From positions 134-64,133 of the forward strand of contig CAJQNG010000086.1 in the NCBI GenBank assembly GCA_905479635.1: a stretch of DNA of 64,000 nt, read 5' to 3'. Below are positions 20,155-29,201 of this stretch, piece after piece. Origin of the DNA: an uncultured Boseongicola sp. Lineage in GTDB: Bacteria > Pseudomonadota > Alphaproteobacteria > Rhodobacterales > Rhodobacteraceae. The notes beneath the pieces were generated by a model. It had not been told where the DNA came from, did not search any database, and saw nothing but the letters and a program-made list of their open reading frames with translations. Made by a program: the position numbers and the translations under genes. Numbering within the stretch: position 1 is the stretch's first letter; each line of letters opens with the position of its first letter.

Positions 20155-21546
20155 TTAGATCTCGTGAAACGTAACGGGAAAAAGCGCGTCGTGTGCCTCC
20201 CACGTGTCAAGTTGCAGAATGTGGTAGAGCGAAAAAGCGTAAGCGGGCCCGGCGTCAAGTTCGGGCGGAGTGACAGGAAAAGCGAGGTTTCCACCGGTGC
20301 AAAGGCGGCCCGGAAACCCAAAATGCAACAGCTGTTGACGCGCAGCGGCGGCCACGGCTCGAGCTGTCTCGGCGTCGGGGGCAACGCATTCACCAAGGAT
20401 AAAGATCTCTCGTGGCGGCGTGTCCGGCGGTGTCGGCCAATCCATTATGCCGTCGATACCGTATCGGCGGAAAGTCAGACCCCAAGGCGCGTCAGACGTG
20501 GAGGTGATCAGTTCGGCCACGCCGTCCTGCACCCCTTGCAAAATCTTGTCGGAGACCGCGATGAAGCCTGGGTCGGCGACGGCCGCCATCATCACAACGC
20601 GGTGACCGACAAACCGAGCGGCTTCAACTTTCACGCTTGGCTTTATCGAAGAGTGCCAGACTGCTCCCTTTACGAGGACGCGGCGTTCGTCGAGCGCCTC
20701 ATAGGTCGCATCACTCAGCTCCACGTGACCCTCGGGTTCGAAAACACGGTTAGGTTCGGACTGCTCATAAAGCGCATGGGCGGCGACGGACAGGGGCGTT
20801 GCCGCGCGGACAGGGTTCATGCTTTCCAACGTGAAGCCATCCCCCTCCAGCGTCGCCAACATCGCATCCCGTCCGCCCGGCTCGCAACAAAGCGATGTGC
20901 ATTCGAGGATTTTGGCCATGTGGACAGAGGGGCCTTTGGGATAACCCAGCAGCACCGGCACCACTGCAAAGGGCGCCGTATCACAGGCGCGACCCGCAAG
21001 GATCACGTCAGCTCCGGCCTCCAGCGCCTTGGCGAAGGCACGCTGCCCCATCTGGCCAACAATAGCGAGTGAGCCTTCGATATCAGCCTGCATCGGTCCG
21101 ATTGGCGTCAGACGGCCAGCAGAATCCGCAGCTTGCACTATGTCCTTCGGCACATCAGCACCGATGGTTGCCAAACGAAATCGCAGGCCCCAGTCAGCAG
21201 CCACACTACGCAATAAAGCCTCGACCGCCGCCAAATGCGGCGCGCCCCCCGCGGTTCCGGCGCTTCCGATCAGGAGCGGCACATCAAGGCCCCGCGCCGC
21301 CTTCAGCACCATTTCCAAATCGCGCCGCGCCATGGACGGCGACGCCGCCATCTTGCCCGAGCCCAGATAGACAGGCCCCGGATCTATCGATCCCATATCG
21401 GCTGCAATAACATGTGGTTTACGCTCAACACCGGCATCGAAGGCTTTTTCTGGAATGCCCAGTCCCAGCTGCCCTGACGCAGCGAGCACCCTCAACGGGG
21501 CCTCAGGCCCAGACCAATTGGCTGCCAGGCGAGCAAAGGAACTCAA
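20155..21546 (-). CDS. AtuA-like (DUF1446) protein
   Basis: DMGSIDPGPVYLG, IGSAGTAG, VGQMG, AGRACD, AKILEC, AHALYE. Confidence 0.75.
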   Translation of the reverse strand: MSSFARLAANWSGPEAPLRVLAASGQLGLGIPEKAFDAGVERKPHVIAADMGSIDPGPVYLGSGKMAASPSMARRDLEMVLKAARGLDVPLLIGSAGTAGGAPHLAAVEALLRSVAADWGLRFRLATIGADVPKDIVQAADSAGRLTPIGPMQADIEGSLAIVGQMGQRAFAKALEAGADVILAGRACDTAPFAVVPVLLGYPKGPSVHMAKILECTSLCCEPGGRDAMLATLEGDGFTLESMNPVRAATPLSVAAHALYEQSEPNRVFEPEGHVELSDATYEALDERRVLVKGAVWHSSIKPSVKVEAARFVGHRVVMMAAVADPGFIAVSDKILQGVQDGVAELITSTSDAPWGLTFRRYGIDGIMDWPTPPDTPPREIFILGECVAPDAETARAVAAAARQQLLHFGFPGRLCTGGNLAFPVTPPELDAGPAYAFSLYHILQLDTWEAHDALFPVTFHEI

Positions 21547-21839
21547 ACCGACAACCCTAAAAGCGGCACGTGTTGCTGTGCGCCGTAGACGTCCCGATCC
21601 CCCGGCGCGCCTGCAGGCACCTCTCGGGGAAGCACTATCTTCACTGCTTTGGCTGCGGACACCGAAATCACACTGACATCTGCAACTGCGCGTCCATAGC
21701 GTGCGGCCACGGCTTCGACGGTAAGCCCGGCACGTCCGCGCACAAAGGCGTCCTCATCAGCAAAGAGCACGTCAATTGTTAGCAAGGTCGGGCCAGCGTT
21801 CTTCGAGCGCACAACGCGGGCCAATTCTGACAGCGTCAT
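21543..21839 (-). CDS. DUF4387 family protein
   Basis: VRSKNAGP...TIDVLF and GDRDVYGAQQH motifs; usual partner of DUF1446. Confidence 0.8.
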   Translation of the reverse strand: MTLSELARVVRSKNAGPTLLTIDVLFADEDAFVRGRAGLTVEAVAARYGRAVADVSVISVSAAKAVKIVLPREVPAGAPGDRDVYGAQQHVPLLGLSV

Positions 21840-22738
21840 ACCGGCGCACCCCAAGCCTGACGGCAATGAGCCGCTATCTCACTGGCGGTGGCGCTCCAAA
21901 AATTATCGACAGCGCACAGACGGTCCAGGGCATCACGCAGATAGCGGACCCGGTGCGGCTGACCGATTACCCATGGATGCAGCGAGAGCATGAAACTCCG
22001 CCCGCCCTCGCCGGCCAGCGCCTCCGCGGCCTCGCCCACCAGCTCAGGATAGCGCGGGTTCGGCACCTTGCGCAGCCACAGAGCAGTCACATCATCCCAT
22101 TCCATCTGGTTTGGGATCGATACCAACGGCGGCGAGGTCTGAAAGAGATAGGGTTGGTCGTCATTGGGCCAATCAAGCACATGATCATACCCTGCCTCAG
22201 CCAAAAGCTGTGGCGTTTGGGGGCTTTCGCCGCTGTCTGGCCCGAGCCACCCCCGCGGGACATGACCGAGGATTCGCTCGAAGGTTTCCGATGTACGCTT
22301 GATGATGCCGCGCTCTTCGACCTCGCCTAACTCAGAGGTCAACATACGCGACTGATATTCGCCGTGCGCGACAAACTCTGCCCCTAAGTTTAGCAAGGAC
22401 TCAACCGCCCGCGGATACCGTTCAAGTGCGCTTGCATTGGCCGCGACCGTCAGCTTTAGGTCTCGCCCCTCCAATGCTTTCAGCACACGAAAGAGTCCTA
22501 TCCGGTTGCCGTATTCACGCTGAGTGAAGGGACGGTATTCGGGGAAGTAAAAGCCATACTCGCCGCTAAAGCGCGTGTCTTTCCACGCGCCGTCTGGCGG
22601 CTCAAGCTCCCAATGCTCCAGATGGATCAGCACGCAGACCGCCATACGCGCGCCGTCCGGCCACGCCAGCGCAGGCCGCTCGGGCATCGCCGAGAACGGA
22701 TAGAGGTCGTGATCCATTCCTTCGCGCGGCTCTGTCAC
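21836..22738 (-). CDS. Polysaccharide deacetylase-fold hydrolase, type B
   Basis: MDHDLYP start, REYGNRIG, WPNDDQPY, LHPWVIGQPHR; paralog of 5259-6164. Confidence 0.85.
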   Translation of the reverse strand: MTEPREGMDHDLYPFSAMPERPALAWPDGARMAVCVLIHLEHWELEPPDGAWKDTRFSGEYGFYFPEYRPFTQREYGNRIGLFRVLKALEGRDLKLTVAANASALERYPRAVESLLNLGAEFVAHGEYQSRMLTSELGEVEERGIIKRTSETFERILGHVPRGWLGPDSGESPQTPQLLAEAGYDHVLDWPNDDQPYLFQTSPPLVSIPNQMEWDDVTALWLRKVPNPRYPELVGEAAEALAGEGGRSFMLSLHPWVIGQPHRVRYLRDALDRLCAVDNFWSATASEIAAHCRQAWGAPV

Positions 22739-23646
22739 GTCGCAAGCCCCCGATGCCAGTCGATATGATCCTGACAGTTGGCGAGATAGTGGTCCGCAAT
22801 CTCTTCGCCCGTTGCCGCCCAGACGCCATCATGACCCAGCACATACTCCAACGCTTCGGCCAGATGCCTGATCCGGTGTGGCTGGCCGATCATGTAGGGA
22901 TGCAGGGCGATACACATGACCTGCCCGCCCTCGGCATAAAGTTCATCAAACCCGTCGCGGATCATCTGCGCAAAATCCGCCGCCTCGAACTGCTGGCGGT
23001 GCAGAATCGAGTCATTGAGATCCATTGTATAGGGAAGTGTGATCAGGGAGCCGGTCTTGGTGCGTAACGGCACCGGTTGGTCGTCATGATGCCAGTCGGT
23101 ATAGTAGGTGATGCCGGCTTCCGCGATCAGGTCGGGCGTGTTCAAAGTGTATGAGGCCGCGGGGCTGAACCAGCCTCGGATCTGCCGCCCGGTCAATTCT
23201 CCATAAAGATCAATGCATTCCCGGATCGCGGCGCGCTCGTCTGCCTCGGAATAGTTCCAATGGTAGCGGGTGTTGTACATACCGTGGCACAAAACCGACC
23301 ATTTGCGCGCCTCCATCGCCTCGAAAATCTGCGGGTAATGAACCCAGTTGGCTATCGACAGCGAAACCGTACCGCGAATATTCAACCGGTCAAAGAGCTC
23401 GAACATCCGCCACAGGCCCACGCGATTGCCATAGTCGCGCGATCCATAGCCTATAACATCCGGATGCGGCGTGCGTGGCCACGGGTTGCGAACGGCCGAC
23501 GGGCGCGGAACGTATTCGTAGTGCTCAACATTGGGCACAACCCACAGGGCCAGCTTCGCGCCGTTTGGCCAAGAAATTTTAGGCCGGTCCGGCCAAGCCG
23601 AATAGGGCGCGCGATCGGCATGGGCAAATGGCTGATCTGGCCGCAC
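22735..23646 (-). CDS. Polysaccharide deacetylase-fold hydrolase, type A
   Basis: VVPNVEHYEY, WPRTPHPDV, HGMYNTRYHW, RGWFSPAA; paralog of 6161-7039. Confidence 0.87.
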   Translation of the reverse strand: MRPDQPFAHADRAPYSAWPDRPKISWPNGAKLALWVVPNVEHYEYVPRPSAVRNPWPRTPHPDVIGYGSRDYGNRVGLWRMFELFDRLNIRGTVSLSIANWVHYPQIFEAMEARKWSVLCHGMYNTRYHWNYSEADERAAIRECIDLYGELTGRQIRGWFSPAASYTLNTPDLIAEAGITYYTDWHHDDQPVPLRTKTGSLITLPYTMDLNDSILHRQQFEAADFAQMIRDGFDELYAEGGQVMCIALHPYMIGQPHRIRHLAEALEYVLGHDGVWAATGEEIADHYLANCQDHIDWHRGLAT

Positions 23647-23665
23647 GGCGTTTCCTCACTGCAAA

Positions 23666-23680
23666 CTGTTTACAGTTGAC
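23666..23680. promoter_or_regulatory. Putative GntR operator, copy 3
   Basis: CTGTTTACAGTTGAC, 13/15 match to the other copies, in a divergent intergenic region. Confidence 0.62.
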
Positions 23681-23734
23681 ACTAAACGAGACAGGCTGAG
23701 CAGCAACCCCCGGCGCCAGGCAAATGGAAGTCAG

Positions 23735-24598
23735 ATGCGAAAAACCACCCGTCTGAAGACCCTGATCGAAGCGCCCAAATTGCTGGTCATGCCCGGCGCG
23801 TATGATGCGCTGTCGGCCATGCTGATCGAGGATGCCGGTTTCGATGCGGTGCAGTGCTCTGGCTTTGGGATTGCAGCCAGTCATCTGGGCCTGCCCGATA
23901 TCGGAATTCTCGGCTTTCGCGAGATGCTAGACCGAACGCGAGTGATCGCCGGGGCGGTCAATATCCCGAGCATGGCGGACGGAGACACGGGCTTTGGCGA
24001 TGCAGCTACCACGTGGCACATTGTGCGCGAGTTCGAGGCAGCGGGTGCGGCAGGCATCAATCTGGAAGATCAGGTAATGCCCAAGCGCTGCGGCCATTTC
24101 ACCGGCAAGGCCGTGATCCCGATGCGCGAGATGGTCGGAAAACTTCGCGCCGCCGCAGACGCGCGCTTAGACAAGGACTTCGTCATCAACGCGCGGACAG
24201 ACGCGCTGCAACCTTTGGGCGTGGATGAAGCTATCCGACGCGGCAACGCCTATGCCGAAGCCGGCGCGACATTGATCTTCGTGGATGGGATAGAGACCCG
24301 CGATGAGGTCAAGCAAGTGATCGCCGAGATCGCGGCGCCCGTTTCGATCAACATGGTAGAGGGGGGGCGCACACCGATGTTTACCTTCACAGAGCTGGAG
24401 GAACTGGGCGCCGCCCGCGTCTCCTGCCCTGTCACCACTATCCTTGCGGCCATGAAGGGCGTGCAGCAGGCCTTGGCCACGCTAAAAGATACTGGCGCGC
24501 CGGGTTCGCAGCCCGATGCCTTGGCCGGGTTTGGCGAGATCAAAGACCGCCTTCGCGCGCCAAATTTCGAAACACTTGGCAAGAAATTCGCAGGTTAG
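23735..24598 (+). CDS. Isocitrate lyase/PEP mutase superfamily C-C lyase
   Basis: PGAYDALSA, DGDTGFG, LEDQVMPKRCGH, NARTDA. Confidence 0.88.
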   Translation: MRKTTRLKTLIEAPKLLVMPGAYDALSAMLIEDAGFDAVQCSGFGIAASHLGLPDIGILGFREMLDRTRVIAGAVNIPSMADGDTGFGDAATTWHIVREFEAAGAAGINLEDQVMPKRCGHFTGKAVIPMREMVGKLRAAADARLDKDFVINARTDALQPLGVDEAIRRGNAYAEAGATLIFVDGIETRDEVKQVIAEIAAPVSINMVEGGRTPMFTFTELEELGAARVSCPVTTILAAMKGVQQALATLKDTGAPGSQPDALAGFGEIKDRLRAPNFETLGKKFAG

Positions 24599-25155
24599 GA
24601 AGGCCGATGTTCGGAAAGATCGTTCCAAACTTCCTGACGCACGATGCGGCCTGCAATCAATTCGAAACGGTCAATGAAACGGACACCCTCGAACGGGGTG
24701 CCGTCCACCCAAGCACCGTGAAGCGTGCCACGGCAGCAGACAATCGCTTTATTTTCATCAAAGGCCTCGTCAAACCCCTCAAACGTTTTGCCCACCTGAG
24801 AATAGCGCGTCTTGCTCCACTCGAACAATTCCTCGAGCGAGAACATAGTTCGTCCGCTGGGAAAAGTCATTGTGAAGTCTTCGTGCAAATGGCCCTTGGC
24901 ACGGCCCACGTCGCGCTCCTCCATCGCCGCCAGATAATCCCGGACAACCGCAGCGGCCCCTGGGATCGGTGCGCCAGGAGTGCGCGAACGACCGCCACGC
25001 ATGTAATTGGTCGGCGAAACTTCCTCGACGACGACGGTAATACCATCAGGCGGGGCCGCAATCGTCGCGCGCACTGCGTCGGTCATGCGCCTCGAAAGGG
25101 ATGTAATAGTCTCAGCATCATAGCCTTCGATGAGTGTGACTTTGATGACCGGCAT
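24595..25155 (-). CDS. 4-oxalocrotonate tautomerase-like domain fused to SnoaL-like domain
   Basis: M-Pro start MPVIKVTLIEG after GAGG RBS; C-half VRDYLAAME...GTLHG...RFIDRF...VWND. Confidence 0.8.
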   Translation of the reverse strand: MPVIKVTLIEGYDAETITSLSRRMTDAVRATIAAPPDGITVVVEEVSPTNYMRGGRSRTPGAPIPGAAAVVRDYLAAMEERDVGRAKGHLHEDFTMTFPSGRTMFSLEELFEWSKTRYSQVGKTFEGFDEAFDENKAIVCCRGTLHGAWVDGTPFEGVRFIDRFELIAGRIVRQEVWNDLSEHRPS

Positions 25156-25232
25156 GTCTTGCTTCCTCGCTCTGTTCACGCGCACCATATTGCACGGCGC
25201 AACCCGTAATCAACAAAGACCCGGAGGGCCCT

Positions 25233-25619
25233 ATGACATTCACCATCAAAATGATCGACCATGTCGTGCTGTATGTCTCGAACATGGAACAGTCCCGGCA
25301 CTTTTATGAGAAAGTTCTGGGATGCAAACTCGTGCGGCACAATACGAATCTGAACTTGATGCATATGTCCGCAGGCGCCTCAATGATCGATCTGCTGCCA
25401 GCGCCCGACCCGGACGCCGGGGGCGCAAATGTCGATCACGTGGCCTTGCAGATCGAACCTTTTGAAGCAGAAACTCTGCTGGCGCATCTGCGCAGCCATG
25501 GGGTTGAGCCCACGGAGCCCCGTGACCGGTTCGGCGCAGGCGGCACTGGTCCGTCGCTGACCTTTGAAGATCCGGACGGGAATACGATAGAGCTCAAAGG
25601 GCCCGCGCTCATAGAATGA
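25233..25619 (+). CDS. VOC/glyoxalase family protein
   Basis: IDHVVL, FYEKVLG, VDHVAL, DPDGNTIELK. Confidence 0.88.
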   Translation: MTFTIKMIDHVVLYVSNMEQSRHFYEKVLGCKLVRHNTNLNLMHMSAGASMIDLLPAPDPDAGGANVDHVALQIEPFEAETLLAHLRSHGVEPTEPRDRFGAGGTGPSLTFEDPDGNTIELKGPALIE

Positions 25620-26503
25620 TCACGCTCTATGAAAACTTGCGCACAATCGTGTATGCGCCTTTCTATTTGGCGGATCTACGCGGGTTTTGGGCGGATCAGG
25701 GATTGGAAGTGAAAATCCAACTGTCCCGCGATCCTGTCGAGACCGCCGAGGGCCTTCTGGCAGGACGCGCCGATATCTCATGGGGCGGTCCAATGCGAGT
25801 GATGTTGCATCACGAGCGTGACCCCGATTGCCCGCTCGTTGCGTTTGGCCAGATCGTGGCGCGCGATCCGTTCTTGCTAATCGGGCGCGCACCCAACCCC
25901 CGCTTCCGGTTCCAGGACCTGTCAGCCGCACGCTTAGCCGTGGCAACCGAGGTGCCTACTCCGTGGATGACCTTTCAGGACGATCTGACCCGCTCCGGGA
26001 TAGAGCTTTCGACCCTCGACATTGCGCCCAAAGCCCCAATGCAGACCGCCGCGGCCCGACTTGCGGCAGACGAGATAGACGTCGCACAAGTATTGGAACC
26101 ATATGCCTCTGCGGCCGTGGCGGAAGGCAGCGCCTATATCTGGCACCGGTTCGCTAGCCGAGGTGATATCGGCTACACCAGTTTCTACACAACACGCGCC
26201 TATCTGGAGGCGCATCCTAAGACCTGCGCGGCACTTCTGGCCGGGATGGCCCCCGCGCTTGATGCTGTTGCCAGCGAGCCTGCGTCCGTGATCGCAGCCG
26301 ACCTCGCTGACCACTTCCCGGACGTACCCCAACCGGTGTTAATTGACGCTATCGCAGGCTACCAAGACTCGGACCTTTGGGCCAAAGATATCGATCTGCC
26401 CGCCACGGCTTTTGTGCGCCTGAAGGCAGCTCTGCTTTCGGGCGGGTTGATCTCGCGCGATATTCCTTATGACCATGTGATTGCCCGATTGGAGAGACCA
26501 TGA
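25616..26503 (+). CDS. NMT1/SsuA-like periplasmic-binding-fold protein
   Basis: YAPFYLA...GFWADQGLEV, GRADISWGG, EPYAS; no evident signal peptide. Confidence 0.75.
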   Translation: MITLYENLRTIVYAPFYLADLRGFWADQGLEVKIQLSRDPVETAEGLLAGRADISWGGPMRVMLHHERDPDCPLVAFGQIVARDPFLLIGRAPNPRFRFQDLSAARLAVATEVPTPWMTFQDDLTRSGIELSTLDIAPKAPMQTAAARLAADEIDVAQVLEPYASAAVAEGSAYIWHRFASRGDIGYTSFYTTRAYLEAHPKTCAALLAGMAPALDAVASEPASVIAADLADHFPDVPQPVLIDAIAGYQDSDLWAKDIDLPATAFVRLKAALLSGGLISRDIPYDHVIARLERP

Positions 26504-27477
26504 CCGCCGCCATTCCTGCCATCGACATCGCCCCCTTCTTGTCCGGTAATACCGCAGACAAAGCTCACGTCGCGCGCGAGGTGGCAAAGGCCGCTCAGTC
26601 CATCGGCTTCGTGGTTCTTTCGGGCCACGGCATCCCGCAAATCTTGTTCGACACGGTATTTGAAAAAGGCCTCACATTCTTCGATCTGCCGGACGCCGAA
26701 AAGAGCAAGTGGCACCCCACCGGGTCTGCAAGGCAACGCGGCTATCACGGCGTTGCCACACGCGGACTATCCGCGACTTTGGGCAAAACCGCGCCTAAAG
26801 ATTTGCGTGAAAGCTTGTTTCTGGGACCGATCGACAACCATGCTGCTGATTTTTCTCATATCCCTGACGCATCAATGGCTTACGCGCCAAACTTGATTCC
26901 CAAAACTCCATCCGGACTGGACACCGGAATGGTCGCACTTTATCGGGCCTTCGAAAGACTTTCGAGCGATCTGTTGCGTATCTTTGCCGTCGCCGCCCAG
27001 ATGCCAGAGGGGCATTTCGCTCCGCTGACCCAGAAGCATTTCTCAATCATGTCGGCACACCATTACCCAGCCCTAACTGTGCCGCCACTGCCAGGCCAAT
27101 TGCGCACAGGAGCACATACGGACTACGGCGCAATGACAATTCTTGCGATGACTGAGGCAAAGGGCGGCCTAGAGGTCCAGCGCGGTGATGCATGGGTGCC
27201 TGTGCGCCCGCCCAAAGGCGCGCTGGTGGTTAATCTTGGTGACATGATGCAGCGTTGGACCAACAACAAATGGGTTTCAACAATGCACCGGGTGGTGACG
27301 CCCGAGAACCTCAATGACGCCATGTCGCGGCGCATGTCCTTAGGTTATTTCATGCATCCCGACTATGACGCCAATATCGAATGCCTGCCCAGTTGCGTGG
27401 GAGACGGTGCACTCTATCCGCCGATCACAGCCGGCGAGCATATCCGCGCAAAGATAGAGGCCTCTCACAAGGGCTGA
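26500..27477 (+). CDS. 2-oxoglutarate/Fe(II) oxygenase, isopenicillin N synthase family
   Basis: IPAIDI, HTDYG, NLGDMMQRWTN, STMHRV, RMS. Confidence 0.9.
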   Translation: MTAAIPAIDIAPFLSGNTADKAHVAREVAKAAQSIGFVVLSGHGIPQILFDTVFEKGLTFFDLPDAEKSKWHPTGSARQRGYHGVATRGLSATLGKTAPKDLRESLFLGPIDNHAADFSHIPDASMAYAPNLIPKTPSGLDTGMVALYRAFERLSSDLLRIFAVAAQMPEGHFAPLTQKHFSIMSAHHYPALTVPPLPGQLRTGAHTDYGAMTILAMTEAKGGLEVQRGDAWVPVRPPKGALVVNLGDMMQRWTNNKWVSTMHRVVTPENLNDAMSRRMSLGYFMHPDYDANIECLPSCVGDGALYPPITAGEHIRAKIEASHKG

Positions 27478-27486
27478 TCAACCCTC

Positions 27487-28716
27487 TTATTGCTGCAAGA
27501 GAGCCCGCAAGCGGGCCAGAATAGTCAAAAGAACAAGACAAACCACCGTCAGTACGGCGAGCGGCAAGACAAAGTCGCCAGACAAATCTGACAAAATGCC
27601 AAATGTAATAGGCCCCATCACGCCACCGATCTCGGCAAAAGTAAAAAACAGCCCACCTGCAAGACCAAGTCGTTCCTCCGGAATCCGCGGAGTTTCCATC
27701 AGCAGCAAAATCGCAACGGTCATCATCGTGCCGCGCGCCGTCCCTTGAAGGACAAGCCCAGCAACCAAAAGCGGTCCAGACGAGACTTGCAGCAACAGGC
27801 TTGCTGTCATTGAGAACAAGAAAAGCACGGCCATTACCCAAAGACGCCGCTCCGGCACCGCAAGGCGTGGAATTATCAGCGCGCCGATGATCCCGATCGA
27901 CGAGGGGATCGCCGCCCAATACCCGGCTTTTACCGCCGAGAATCCATGGCTGCGCAATATCTCGGGCAGCCAGTTATTCAAACCATGATTGATGAAAAAG
28001 ATGCCGATGCTCATTGCCAAAATAAGCTGAACCTCCGGCAAGCGAACGATTTCGAGGAAAGCAGACATGTTGAATTTCTTGCCACCCTCCTCATCGCCGC
28101 TGTGCGCGCGCGCGACCCGCAAGCTCGCAATAGCAAACCAGACACAGCCGCTTAGCGCGACCAGGATGGCATAGACCAACATTACAGCGCGCCAATCATT
28201 GCCAACCAACGGCATGACCACACTGTTGGTTAGAGAAAGGGAAAGGATCCCGCCAAGATAAGGACCGGTCACGTATATCCCCATCGCCGTAGCACGGGTC
28301 TTGCCCTGAAAGAGGCGTGCGATAATCTTCGGCGCTCCAACCGAGATCATCGGACCGCCGATTCCAAATAGCGCGACCGCGATTAATAACTCAACTGGCG
28401 TTTCTGCGTAGCTGCGCGCCAGCCCGGATGCCGCCATAACAAGAGCCGCCAGCAGCAACATGCGCCGCGCGCCCAAACGGTCAAGCAGGATGCCGCAGGG
28501 AATAGCCGCCAGAATATAGGTCAGCGGCCATGCCCCTAGGATCACCCCCATCAAACCGTTACCAATTCCGAGTTCTGCACTTATCGGACTCAAAAGCGGC
28601 GCCATCGACGCGATGGTCAATCCAAAGCAAAAATAGATCAGCCAGACCCCAAAAAGGATCAGCCATCGAACCTGTCCAAATTTGGAGGAAGCAGAAAGAG
28701 AGAGTTCTTGGTCCAT
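27487..28716 (-). CDS. MFS transporter (CynX-like)
   Basis: About 12 hydrophobic segments, GILLDRLGAR motif A. Confidence 0.85.
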   Translation of the reverse strand: MDQELSLSASSKFGQVRWLILFGVWLIYFCFGLTIASMAPLLSPISAELGIGNGLMGVILGAWPLTYILAAIPCGILLDRLGARRMLLLAALVMAASGLARSYAETPVELLIAVALFGIGGPMISVGAPKIIARLFQGKTRATAMGIYVTGPYLGGILSLSLTNSVVMPLVGNDWRAVMLVYAILVALSGCVWFAIASLRVARAHSGDEEGGKKFNMSAFLEIVRLPEVQLILAMSIGIFFINHGLNNWLPEILRSHGFSAVKAGYWAAIPSSIGIIGALIIPRLAVPERRLWVMAVLFLFSMTASLLLQVSSGPLLVAGLVLQGTARGTMMTVAILLLMETPRIPEERLGLAGGLFFTFAEIGGVMGPITFGILSDLSGDFVLPLAVLTVVCLVLLTILARLRALLQQ

Positions 28717-28818
28717 AATTCCGCCTTAGGTCCTGGAGGCGCATCAGAAATGCGCTGAGCCATAGCCATAAACTTATGAGAGAGTGTTGGGTCTCTACAA
28801 GCAGAAGCGTGTCGATAA

Positions 28819-28992
28819 AATGGTGCGGATCTCAGTGCCCTGCGATCGGCGACGGGATGGCAACTCCATTCGGTTCGAGCTTCGCTGAGCGGGTTGCGCA
28901 AAGCCGGTTACACCCTTGACCGCGCCAACCCTTCTTCCGCGGGTAAAGCACCCGTCTATCGGATCACCGGCGCGCCGGAGGTCCGGCAATGA
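28819..28992 (+). pseudogene. DUF3489 family remnant
   Basis: Hand translation NGADLSALRSATGWQLHSVRASLSGLRKAGY...YRI; preceded by in-frame TAA, no start. Confidence 0.7.
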
Positions 28993-29201
28993 CGCCGTCG
29001 TCGACCAAGATCGAAGCCATGGATCGCGCGGCCCTAACTCGCGAGACCTGGGGATATACTTTCGCGGCCCGAGAGACGGCGAACCAAGCCGGTTGTTTAA
29101 ACCTGGACTGCGGGGCGCATCCAGGCGAGCGGGTAGCCTATGAGTCGGTGTTCAAGGTGGCCCGTGGCAAGATACGAGTGACTTGGGGGGCTGTTACTTG
29201 A
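28989..29201 (+). pseudogene. Degenerate DUF2924 family remnant
   Basis: ATGA-coupled to DUF3489 remnant; IEAMDRAAL..W...VAYE resembles the DUF2924 N-terminus, then decays. Confidence 0.5.

Noticed and set aside
20131-21072. 313-aa + strand ORF, and similar long overlapping ORFs such as 37640-38551 and 42573-43313
   Set aside because: Antisense shadows of well-supported genes, with no family motifs and no coupling to neighbours
25178-25196. GCGCAC-CATA-TTGCA as a sigma-54 promoter
   Set aside because: Lacks the invariant GG and the spacing is one base short
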